A program made the position numbers and the translations under genes. Positions 1 to 11,100 of a stretch of 64,000 bases of DNA are shown in pieces (the stretch's first letter is position 1; every line of letters begins with the position of its first letter). The stretch is taken from positions 62,001 through 126,000 of the forward strand of contig AP026131.1 in the NCBI GenBank assembly GCA_030295235.1, read 5' to 3'. The DNA is from Fistulifera solaris. Taxonomy: Eukaryota. The notes under the pieces were generated by a model. The model was not told the DNA's origin. It saw only the letters and a list, made by a program, of their open reading frames with translations, and did no database searches.

Positions 1-257
1 AAGAAATCTTTCAATTTCTGCACATCTTTCGTGTCATCTTTCAATTGCTGTGCACAATTAATCTGCTTTGATTCAATAGACTGTACGCGCTTCAAAGTCT
101 CATCGTATCGTTGTAAAATGGCTGTTTTCGGATCGAGAAGAGATGGGGATCTCATCATGTCGGTGTTGTCGCTGCCTAGTTCCTTCTGTTCGTCTTGTGA
201 AGCAACCGAAGTTGAACGATTACGCACACGATAAATAGCAGGGCGATTTGGAGACAT
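1..257 (-). CDS. 5' end of a hypothetical protein running off the window (MSPNRPAIYRVRNRSTSVASQDEQKELG...)
   Basis: Manual translation of the minus strand from ATG at 257 is open to position 1, with coiled-coil-like composition. No family recognised. Confidence 0.55.
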   Translation of the reverse strand, partial: MSPNRPAIYRVRNRSTSVASQDEQKELGSDNTDMMRSPSLLDPKTAILQRYDETLKRVQSIESKQINCAQQLKDDTKDVQKLKDF

Positions 258-387
258 AACGTTCGATTTTAATGAGTGAACTAGTGAACAAATAAGTTAC
301 AGATTGCTTGTTATGTTCATCATTTGTTTCAATCAACCCTTACGCGATAAAAAGCTCGACGACGCGAACACGCGCTGGCGGGCGACG

Positions 388-1178
388 TCCACAGAAAATG
401 TAGGCGAGTGGTATTTTCACGTCTCCAGAAAATGTGGGGGAGTGCTGTTTTCACTTGTCCAGAATCCAGAAAATGTGGGCGAGTTGTATTTTTAAGTGTC
501 CGAAAATCTGGGGGTGTGTAAAATTCACGTTTCCAGAAAATGTGGGCGTGTGCTGTTTTCACGTGCCCCGAAAATCTGGGCGAGTGCAAATTTCACGTCC
601 CCCGAAAATCTGGGGGTGTGCTGTTTTCACGTGTCTCGAAAATCTGGGCGAGTGCTGTTTTTACGTCTCCCGAAAATCTGGGCGGGTTCTGTTTTCACGT
701 TTCCAGAAAATCTGGGTGATTTCAAATTTTTAACGTGCCCCGAAAATCAGGGCGAGTGCAAATTTCACGTGTCCCGAAAATCTGGGCGAGTGCAAATTTC
801 ACGTGTCCCGAAAATCTGGGCGGGTGCTGTTTTTCAAGTCTCCAAAAAATCTGGGCGAGTGCAAATTTCACTCGTCCCGAAAATCTTTGGGGTGTGCAAA
901 TTTCACGTCTCCCGAAAATCTGGGGGTGTGCAAATTTCACTTGTCCCGAAAAATCTGGGGGTGTGCAAACTTCACGTGTCCCGAAAATCAGGGCGTGTGC
1001 AAATTTCACTTGTCCCGAAAATCTTGGGGTGTGCAAATTTCACGTCTCCCGAAAATCTGTGAGTGTGCAAATTTCACTTGTCCCGATAATCTGGGCGTGT
1101 GCAAATTCACGTGTCCCGAAAATCTGGGCGAGTGCTTTAGGTGCAAATTTCACTTGTCCCGAAAATCTGGGCGTGTGC
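388..1178. repeat. 34-bp minisatellite, about 23 copies; consensus CCCGAAAATCTGGGCGAGTGCAAATTTCACGTGT
   Basis: The AAAATCTGG core recurs at 571, 605, 639 and onward (period 34). Copies at the left edge are more degenerate. The repetitive ORFs in the track are artefacts of this array. Confidence 0.95.
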
Positions 1179-1307
1179 TAGACATTTAGACCAATACAAG
1201 TACGGTGCGCAACGCAACGCTGCATCTTTGCACTGGAAAAGCTCGCGTCACACCGTTCATTTTTTTTTATAAAAAATAAACTTTTACGCCTCACAGGCGC
1301 CGCCAAC

Positions 1308-1368
1308 AATTTCACGTTTCCAGAAAATGTGAGAGTGTGGAATTTTCACGTGTCCAGAAATGTGGGGG
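1308..1368. repeat. Two detached degenerate copies of the 34-bp unit
   Basis: AATTTCACGTTTCCAGAAAATGTGAGAGTGTGGAATTTTCACGTGTCCAGAAATGTGGGG matches the array unit. Confidence 0.8.
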
Positions 1369-1547
1369 TCGACAATAAGAAAACGTGTTGCAACCAGTTG
1401 CAACGATGAGAATGCGAAGAATGAATAATATTCGATCGAGTTCGTCTTTCATTAGTTATCGATCAAAATCACCATTACAATATAATCGAATAGATGCACA
1501 AATCGTAAAAGTAACGAATAGCAGCCGATTTCTCTGCGTAAAGAAAT

Positions 1548-2690
1548 ATGGTGCATCGTAGGGCGACGACTGTACGCTGTATTCTTCTTCCCTTGATTTG
1601 TCTTTTGCCCAGCTACGCTTTGCGGGCTACTCGAACAAAAGATGAGAATATCACTTACAGCAACTATTTCACCGAAAATAACAGTACAGTCCCTACGAAC
1701 AAGCAACCTATCAAAGTCTTTTTTACTGTCGGGGCAGAGCAATATGGTTGGCATGGCTAGTGAAGAACATTTGCGCAAGTTGATTGAGGGCACTTCCGAC
1801 GGCGATGAATGTCCTTGTGATTATCAAACTCTTTGGAATGGTTCCGATTTCAGAGAACGTGATGATGTTTTCATGCAGTTTGAAGATCGACGGGGGAAGC
1901 TGCGTGCTGCGTATTATGGTGCGGTGAAAGGACGTTCGCATCATTTTGGGCCGGAAGTTGGTTTCGGATGGACCGTCGGTGATGCGTTACACAATGAAAC
2001 GATCATAATGATAAAGTCGGCCTTTGGAGGGCGCAGCTTAGCGGTAGATTTCCGTCCACCATCGGCGGGAGAAGGCAATTACTCCAATGTACTACCATCG
2101 CATTATGGTTGGGAGTACCGTCAAATGGTTACGGATTTCAATGATGCCTTGCAAAATTTGTCTAGTATTTATCCCGACTATGACAAGGAGGCCGGGTATG
2201 AGTTAGCGGGCTTTGTTTGGTTCCAAGGATGGAACGATATGCTGAATGAAGACACAACACATGAGTATTCATCAAACTTGGCGCATTTCATTCGAGATGT
2301 GCGGTTAGAATTTAAATCGCCTCTCATGCCGTTCGTGGTAGGGGAACTTGGTATGCACGGTCTGCATCCTGAAGGCAAATCAGCTCCTCGTGTCTTTTAT
2401 TTTCGAGGAGCTCAACGGAATACGACGCTGTTACCCGAATTCCGCAACAATACACTTTTGTTCCGACAGCATCATACATGAAATTCAACGTGACTACATA
2501 CAATGGAGGTTATCATTACAACGGTCGCGCTGATACTTACTATCGCATCGGACAAGCCATGGGACGTGGCATGTTGCAATTGTCGAAAACAACGAAAACA
2601 ACAGCGGTCACAGAACAACATTCGCTGCACGAATGGTGGAAACTGCGACAAAATCGTGTAGCTTGCGATCTACCAGCAGTCACCGAGTGA
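1548..2690 (+). CDS. Secreted SGNH carbohydrate esterase (SASA / sialate O-acetylesterase-like, DUF303)
   Basis: Signal peptide, then VFLLSGQSNM, FGPEVGFG, GFVWFQGWND, PFVVGELG and YHYNG. Three ORFs (1548, 1642, 2478) join through T-run indels near 1720 and 2457. Confidence 0.85.
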
Positions 2691-3178
2691 AAAATATCAT
2701 ACTTGAAAGTTCTGACAGTTGTCACTTCTATTGGCGGAACAAATCCTGTTTCGGGCTTTTATTTACCAAAAAGACCTAGTTCTCCGTACTTTCTTCCCTG
2801 ACCCCGAAGGGTTTTCTTGGTGCCTGCGTGAAAAGTGCGTAGACAGTATAAATCGCTAGGGACCTCTCCTTTGGTTAGCCTCGATTTACGTGAATTCGTG
2901 GCACCAATACAAAAGTCCATTTCATTGCAATCAGATACCAGTAGGTCTAAGCGTTAGCTAGAACTAGAAAGGGACATTTCGCGTTGTTAGTGTAGCTTAA
3001 GGTTAAAGGTAATGCTTCCGTCTTTCGTTAAGCCTTACCCGCATCCCGCATCATCGCGAATCGCGACGCGCAATCTGCGCGGCTTTGACCATCTTATCAA
3101 CAACAATAAAAGTTGTATAATAGCTTTCGTCTTTCTCCCTTTCTTCACAAGCTTAAAGCTTCCGCAATCTACAACAAA

Positions 3179-3744
3179 ATGTTCTCGTCATTCGTTATTC
3201 CGAGACAGCGAACCGTATTGGCGAAAGTGTTCACTGCGTCGATGATGCCCGCGCAGTCGACGCGCACTTTCACGCATGCTACCTCTATTTGCCCGATGCC
3301 TTTGAGTGAATTTCGGGATCCTGTTTCACGTCAACAACGAATGAATGAACCTGTGGGACGATCGTGGAGTGCGCGAGAACTGCGTCGCAAATCTTTTGAT
3401 GATTTGCACAAATTATGGTGCGTTTGTTTGTTGCGTGATCTTGTGAAAAAGCATTCATTATTCTTCAACGCGTAACAGTGTCACTCACTATGTCATTCTC
3501 CCTTGATTAGGTTGGTCTTGTACAAAGAAAACAATATGCTCTTGACTGAGCAACAACTGAGCCGCCGACGCGGTATTATTTTCCCCAACCGGATCGTATT
3601 CAAAAGGTCAAAAAGAGTTTAGGAGCTATCCGACAAGTCATGGGAGAAAGAAAACGAGAAAAATTGAGTCAGATGGCATTGCAACAGATGGAAGAGGATG
3701 ATGGCGGTTTGGATGACAAGACTACGGAAAAAGTCGCACCTTAA
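3179..3744 (+). CDS. MRPL47: Mitochondrial ribosomal protein uL29m (MRP-L47)
   Basis: Mitochondrial-type presequence, then GRSWSARELRRKSFDDLHKLW|LVLYKENNML across GT-AG intron 3418-3510. One indel near 3582. Confidence 0.9.
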
Positions 3745-4199
3745 CACTTTAAAGTAATCAGAACTGAAAGTTATTCACGCTTCGGGCTTGCTCGGTGCTT
3801 GTTTTTAAGATAGACAGCGCCATGTGGTTCTATTTTGCACTATAACTTGAGGTCTATTGTCAGGAACTAGTAAACATTAGCATTCTTTTATCTATTTATT
3901 TTGTCAAGTGTTCCTAGTTTTTCGGTTTTTCGATTGAATTGTCTGTCCTTCGGCTCGTCATCTCGAAGGAGGATCCACGATCCTCCGTGCAATTTCCACG
4001 TGGCATTGCGTCCGTGTCGTGTTTTTTGGTTATCTTTTCGTTCCTTTTTCATTGCGTTGCAACAAACGAAACCATCCCTCGTCCTCATTCTATAGTTAAT
4101 CATTCATTTACTTCGATCTTACTACTAATTATTGTTATCCTTACCTTGGATTCATTCGTTGCGAGAATTGACGCTAAAACTATTGTCAGAAAAGACAAC

Positions 4200-5085
4200 A
4201 TGCAACGACCACACCGACCACAACAACAAATCATTGCTCTCCCCAATCCCGACCAGATGGGCACTCTGATACTGAGGGGATCTGTTGCATTCGTACGACG
4301 GAATCCGGTTATTTCCGGTACTTACTTTCTCGGTATTCTCTTGCTCATCATTTTTGGAGGCGGGGGACGCCCTTTGACGCCCGAACAGCATTATGAATAC
4401 CATCGTATATTACAAACTGTCGATCTGCAAGCCGAGTATCGTGCTACAGACGACTATTGGCGAGCGTATCATGCGTATCAAGCTTCGCGAGGATGGTTGT
4501 GGGGATGCGATGCCGTTTGCACGCGCAACTATCAACGAATGAAAGAAGCGGAACGCATCATGCATCTTATACAACAAGAAGGAGCGGCCCGAACTGCCGA
4601 TGCTAAAAATGCGGCGGGTTTACTATCCGAAATTGGAATTGGGGAAGTTCAGGATTCCTTTTGGGGATACTTTCATGCCGGAAAACGATTCGCGAAACGA
4701 CAAACTATGTGGGATATGATGTTTATGGGCATTCGATCCATGTCACGAGGGCGCGACGAAAGTTGGATGGAGTTTGCGCTCAAGGTACTTTTACAGGTGC
4801 TTTTGAATTTATCCATGGGACTTGTCATGGCTTTGATATTCTTTGTGATGGGTTTATGGACTATAGTTCGCTCCTATCAGCCCAATCCGTTGGTAGCGGT
4901 TTTGTTCTTTTGTGGAGGAGCAATCGCTGCTTTTAGCTTCGTGGTCACTTATCTATTGGCGGTCTATGGGGCCGCTGCAGGGGGGAGTTTATACTGTTTT
5001 GAAAGTAGCCGAAAATGCATCACAAGCTCGCATTGCCGACCAGCAACGACAGCGAGTGCAATACGGTCGCCCTCATTATGACTGA
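4200..5085 (+). CDS. Hypothetical multi-pass membrane protein
   Basis: Long ORF with several hydrophobic segments; likely ATG at 4200. A G-run indel near 4980 alters the C-terminus, giving a probable stop at 5083-5085. Confidence 0.7.
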
Positions 5086-6136
5086 AAGTTTTCTTTTTAC
5101 TCCGATTGTTAACTGCTAGCTGGGGTTAATCTTGATTTTATAGTCTAGTGTTTATCAAGTTCCAAGCGAGTGCTACCAGCCTGCCAAGTTCGCTTCCTGG
5201 TTAGCCAATAGCTAAACGACAACTTCTACTTGTACTAGTTACTGGAGGCTCCTGGCTTACAGACTAACAGCTTCGTGCCGCTAATTAGTGATTGGACTGC
5301 TGTTGGCTGATGCCCGATGCGCTGAAATGATAGTTTTGTGTGTTGCATGTTGCGTCTGTTGTACCTTAGTTCTCTCTAGTCTCTCTCTAGACTCTAGACT
5401 AGTCTCTTTAGACTTTAGACCCATGATGGTCCTACTACTGGAGGACTCTATGATTGATTTTAGGATGGTCGGTGTCCGCTGTCCGCTCCGCGTTTCGCCA
5501 TTTCGCCGTTCGCGGCGGAGATCTGATCTCCGATAAGTACGCCACCGCTTCCGTATCCGTACTCCGTACAGTACCACCGTGTACTGTCGTTCATCAAAAA
5601 TCATACTCCGTAAATCATAGCTATACTGTAGCAAGTCATAAGGTTCCTTGTTCCCTGTTCTTGATCTTGTTCTTGTTCTTGTCTCTTCTTCCTTCTTCTT
5701 CTTCTTCTTCTCTCTCCTCTCTCTCTAAACTCTAGACTCTAGAGTTCTTTAGAAGGTTACTCCGTAGTAGTTAGTAGGCCTAGTGCAATAATGTTTCGAT
5801 ACGTGATACGCACAATTTGTGCATTTGTGCTCTGCGTTCTGCGTTGCGCCACGTCAACAAGCGCCCCCGGTTAGTCCGCGTCGGCTTTGGGCTTTGGGCT
5901 TCTCCATTCTCCGCTGAAAAGATAAAGTGCGGAGTTATTTTTCGCCATTTGCCAATACCGACTTTGCGATTCGGCACATTACGTAGTAAAGTAGTAATCC
6001 GTAAAACCGAACAACCGAACCGGAAGGCTAATATTTCGCTGCATGCTTCATCACAAAAAATCAATCACAAAACACTAACACAAAAAACGCAGCCTTTCCC
6101 TTTCTTTACGATTATTATTCCAACCTTCCTTCCAGC

Positions 6137-6874
6137 ATGAATGCTAGCTCTCATCAATATAGAAGCGCCCTTGCGCTCAATAACATGGGTGTTCGTCTCC
6201 TCGAAAAACACTGCTACAAAGCCGCGGTCGAAACGCTCCGAGAATCCACTCTTTTAATCAAAGCCGTTTTGAAGCGGGCTGCTCTTGATAAAGATCTCGG
6301 TAGCATCAACAATACAGTGCAAATGGCAACCAAGCGATACGCTCAAGCCAAGCCTTCCGCCAAGAAAATTATCGTTTTGCAAATGCTCACGATGTCGAAT
6401 GGCTTTTTGTTCGAAAATAGCGACGACGGCTTCCGACTGGGCATGTGCACTGCAGTCCTCGACGACGCTCCTTCGTCCAGCGTAGCCTTTCCAATCTTGA
6501 TTGAAGACGACAGTCTGTTAGAAAAGGATTCATGGGGCGATAATATCAGCGATGAGCAAATTGTGACCCTTTATACCCAGGCAGCCATTATGTTTCACAA
6601 CGCAGCCATTGCTAGTCGATGTTGCCACCAGCACAAGCGAGCTCTTCGGTTTGCAAGGATCGCATCAGAAATATTTAGCCAAGATCAAGTCCATTCTCCA
6701 ATCGCATCTTTGGTGGTGCACAACACACTCATTCGATGTCTGATGGACAATCAATGCACACAAGAGGCCGCGGAACGATACGGCGATCTGGTGGAAATCA
6801 GAGCCATTGCTCACAACGAGTCATCATCGTGCGATTTCATTGATATAATCGCGACTGCCGCTGCCGCCGCATAA
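6137..6874 (+). CDS. Hypothetical helical (TPR-like) protein of the diatom 'LNNxGV...AAAA' type
   Basis: Intact 245-aa ORF with N-terminal ALALNNMGVRLLE, internal AAIMFHNAAIA and C-terminal ATAAAAA. Confidence 0.75.
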   Translation: MNASSHQYRSALALNNMGVRLLEKHCYKAAVETLRESTLLIKAVLKRAALDKDLGSINNTVQMATKRYAQAKPSAKKIIVLQMLTMSNGFLFENSDDGFRLGMCTAVLDDAPSSSVAFPILIEDDSLLEKDSWGDNISDEQIVTLYTQAAIMFHNAAIASRCCHQHKRALRFARIASEIFSQDQVHSPIASLVVHNTLIRCLMDNQCTQEAAERYGDLVEIRAIAHNESSSCDFIDIIATAAAAA

Positions 6875-7082
6875 TTTAAACATCGAGCAACACCTTGAAC
6901 GGTAAATCTACTAAATAATATTAACTTGTAAGATTAGAAACATTTTGCAGTTCATTTTCACGGAAATTTCGAGAACGGGAGACTTTTTTCTTTTATTGAC
7001 GGAAACAAGTAATCGTGACTCACGTCGGGCGGGGTTCCAGTCAGAAAGTTCGTCCTTCGTATCGTGTCGAAGACGAGGCAGG

Positions 7083-7122
7083 GTCGTCGTTCGTCGTTCG
7101 TCGTTCGTCGTTCGTCGTCGTC
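7083..7122. repeat. (CGTCGTT)n microsatellite
   Basis: GTCGTCGTTCGTCGTTCGTCGTTCGTCGTTCGTCGTCGTCG, upstream of PRP22. Confidence 0.85.
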
Positions 7123-7265
7123 GCCTCGCCCGGAAAACCGAAAAAATACTGTTGCAATAATACAAATGCTGAAGTTGGTGTTCATTAACAACGTCTCTTC
7201 TCCCGTACAAGTACTCCTTTAATTTCCACGGCCGTTATCCTTTTCGCTTCATTAGGTTGCGCGTC

Positions 7266-10200
7266 ATGACAGAGACAGAAAATACAAAGAAAAAAGCCTT
7301 TGAGTGCGGTGGAGCGATTGCAAGAGCTGTCGCTCATTAAAAAGGTTGGAGAAGAAATGCAGAAACACATGGACGGCTTGCAAGACAAGACATTGTCTGA
7401 ATTTCTAATTGCTTTGGCGGAGAAGCAGGCCAAGAAACAATTTAAAAACAATACAGATGACTTGGAGGCTGCTCAACTGCTACGGGCGGAGCTTAACGAA
7501 AATGGAGCCGTCATTCCATTTAGTTTTGCGTCGCTTCTTTTACAACTCGTTCGTGAGCAAAGTCCCCGTTTCAAGCGGTTTCAGGACAAATTAACCGCGA
7601 AAGACACAAAAACAGACAACAACAAAACGCCCGTTTTAAGTGGTAGTAGTGTCTTGACAGGATCGAAAAAGGAAATCGCTCAAGCCTTCCCTGGGTTAGC
7701 GCGATCCAATCTCTCTCAACCAGTTCCTCTGGAAGAGTCCTTTTACGAACATGACAAGCAGGAAGATGACGATGGAAAGCGAGTTAAACCCAAAGAAGAA
7801 GATACTCCGCTTGTAGATAAAGGCCGCCGAGGGCTGTCGAATCTACCAGCATGGATGACCAAGTCAGACGGTAATATGCCGCCGCCTTCGAAGCGACCAC
7901 GCCAGGATGTGCTTGAGGAATACTGCATATATCAAGGAGTTGTTCGAAAGATTCTAGATTTTGGGATGATTGTGGATATTCAGCCCCTTCAAAAAGAAGG
8001 TATTGTGTACAACTCCCATGTCTCAAAAACCAGAATAGACCACGCCTCTCAAGCGGGGTTCCGGCGAGATCAAAGAGTTTGGGTGAAAGTGATTTCCATG
8101 AAACACGGGAAAATTTTATTTAGTATAAAAGATGTGGACCAAGATTCTGGAAAAGATCTTATGCCGCATCGCTCCATAGCTGCGGCAGAGACGCCTTTCC
8201 TTGATCAAAAGGTCCCTCCTCTACCAGCGTCGTGCATCCTGGTCTAGATATTGAGGCATTCCGGAAACGCGAAGCGGAAGAAGAAGCAACGAGACTGGTG
8301 CAATCGCACTCGGTGGCAGGTCATTATGGTCCGGTAAAAGCGGCCTCTGTAGAGCCACCAACTGTCCGTAGAACCAAGCAACTAACGGAGCACGAACTTT
8401 TTGAAGCTCAACAACTCATCCGATCGGGTGTCCTTCCTGTCGATCAATACCCGACATTTGATGCCGAAGGAGGATTGGGAATGCTGAATGTGGAGGAGAC
8501 GGAAGAAGAAACTGATATCGAGTTGGCGGATGTCGAACCTGTATTTTTGAAGGGACAAACAAAACGGAGCGGAAAGGATTTAGAGCCTGTTCGTATTGTG
8601 AAAAACCCAGACGGATCGTTACAACGTGCGGCGATGCAGCAGGTTTCCATGGCGAAAGAGCGCCGTGAAATGAAACAAGCTCAGGCCAATCAGCTCATTG
8701 ACTCTATTCCGAAGGACCTCAACAGGCCGTGGGAGGATCCTTTACCGGAGTCTGGGGAGCGGCATTTTGCTCAGGAACTGAGAAGTATCAACATGTCAGC
8801 TTTCGACGGTGCACCGGAATGGAAAAAGAAAGCAGAGAAAAAGACACTGTCGTATGGTATTATATCCAACAAGTCGATTAAAGAGCAAAGGGAGTCCCTT
8901 CCTATTTATAGACTGAAGAAGGAGCTTCTGGAAGCTGTGAGAAAGAATCAAATACTTGTTGTGGTCGGTGAGACTGGAAGCGGGAAAACGACTCAAATGG
9001 TGCAGTATTTGGTGGAATTAGGTCTCACTAAAAACGGGGGGAATGGTCGGGTGCACTCAGCCTAGGAGAGTAGCTGCTATTTCGGTCGCCAAGCGCGTTT
9101 CAGAGGAATACGGCTGCGCACTCGGGGAAGAAGTTGGCTACTCAATCAGATTTGATGACATGACCTCTCCGTCAACCAAAATAAAGTTTCAAACAGACGG
9201 TATGCTTATGCGCGAATACCTGGCCGACAACGATCTGCGCCGCTACGCGGCAATCATGTTGGACGAGGCACACGAACGTACAATTCACACGGACGTACTT
9301 TTTGGTCTTCTAAAAGATCTGTGCAAGCGCCGGCCTGATCTCAAGATAATTGTCACGAGTGCGACGCTTGACGCTGGCAAATTCTCGGAGTACTTTTTCA
9401 ATTGTCCGATCTTCACCATTCCCGGTCGAACATACCCTGTGGAGATTCTTTATGTAAAGGAGCCTGAAAGTGATTACCTCGAAGCTGCCATCATAACAGT
9501 AATGCAAATACATTTGGATCAACCCGCAGGAGACATTTTAGTGTTTCTTACCGGACAAGAAGAAATCGACGCTTGTTGTGAAACTCTTTTCACACGAATG
9601 GAAGCACTCGGCGACTTGGCTCCCGAGCTGATTATTTTGCCAGTTTATTCGGCGTTGCCTTCAGAAATGCAGTCGCGTATTTTTGAACCCGCCCCGACTG
9701 GTGCTCGAAAGTGCGTGGTGGCCACAAACATCGCCGAAGCGTCACTAACTATCGACGGAATTTACTACGTCGTCGATCCCGGTTTCTCGAAGCAAAAAGT
9801 CTTCAATCCTAAGTTAGGAATGGATTCTTTAGTCGTTACCCCTATCAGTCAAGCTTCTGCGAAGCAAAGGGCTGGTAGAGCGGGCAGAACTGCTAGTGGA
9901 AAGTGCTTTCGTTTGTACACAGAACAAGCGTTCAAGACAGAAATGCTGCCCACCAACATACCAGAAATCCAGCGCACGAATTTGGGCAACGTCGTTTTGC
10001 AATTGAAAGCGATGGGGATCAATGATCTGATAGGATTTGATTTCATGGATCCTCCTCCAGTGGCAACACTGATTGGTGCATTGGAATCGCTCTTTGCGTT
10101 AGGGGCTCTCGATGAAGAAGGATTGTTGACGCGGTTAGGTCGCAAAATGGCCGAATTTCCTTTGGAACCCAACTTGTCGAAAATGTTGATTCTTTCGGTC

Positions 10201-10866
10201 GACCTGGGCTGCTCGGATGAAATTCTTACCATCACCGCTATGTTGTCGGTCGAGAATCCATTTTATCGTCCGCGCGACAAACAAGCGCAGGCTGATATGA
10301 GAAAAGCCAAATTTCATCAAGCCGAAGGAGACCACTTGACGCTTCTGACTGTATACAAAGCTTGGGAAGCTGCCAAGTTTAGTAACCCGTGGTGTTTTGA
10401 GAACTTTGTGCAAGCCCGTAGCATGCGCCGTGCGCAAGATGTACGAAAGCAACTGGTCACGATTATGGACCGATATCGGCTGTTATTGTTGAGTGCAGGT
10501 AAAAACTACAAACTGATTTGCAAGGCCATCACTGCCGGTTTCTTCACCAACGCCGCCAAGAAAGATCCGCAAGAGGGATATCGGACTCTTGTCGATCAAA
10601 ATCCAGTTTACATCCATCCATCTTCCTCTTTGTTTCAAAAGAACCCAGAGTATGTCATTTACCATGAGCTAGTGCTGACGACAAAAGAGTACATGAGAAA
10701 CGTCATGGTGATTGATGCCAAATGGCTGGTAGAACTGGCGCCCTCCTTTTATAAGTCCGCCGACCCGAACAAAATGACCCGAGCGAAAAAGAAGGAAAAG
10801 ATTGAGCCTTTACATGATCGATTCAATCCAAAGGACGCTTGGCGTTTGTCAAGAAGGAAAGGATAG
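7266..10866 (+). CDS. PRP22: Pre-mRNA splicing DEAH-box helicase PRP22/DHX8
   Basis: S1 domain, [34 protein letters not shown] and C-terminal WRLSRRKG. ORFs 7300, 8232 and 9043 join through indels near 7295, 8220 and the G-run at 9036-9041. Confidence 0.95.
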
Positions 10867-11100
10867 TATTCTCTTTTGTGGATAATGTATCGGTGCAAGT
10901 AGGGATTCTAATTTCTAAAAGAGAACCTCGCACTAGAGTTTGTCGACTTATTGCGAGCTTTTCCGACTTAACTTGAATTCAGTCCCGACAATTTTCGACG
11001 TATTTTATTGCAATGAAACTCACCATTCAACCATGGTGATGCAAAATTCTTTATCTCTCTCTCCTTCTTTTCAATTCCATAATAGTACATTTCAACTTAT

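Noticed and set aside
329..1189. Multiple overlapping repetitive ORFs (SRKSGRV / CPENLG / PKIWA repeats)
   Set aside because: They are translations of a 34-bp non-triplet tandem repeat that is open in several frames on both strands; there is no evidence of coding.
388..1368. CRISPR array
   Set aside because: Units are head-to-tail with no unique spacers, there are no cas genes, and the context is eukaryotic.
5281..5780. ORFs and CTAG-rich micro-duplications upstream of the 6137 gene
   Set aside because: This is low-complexity slippage-type sequence with no coding signal or element termini.
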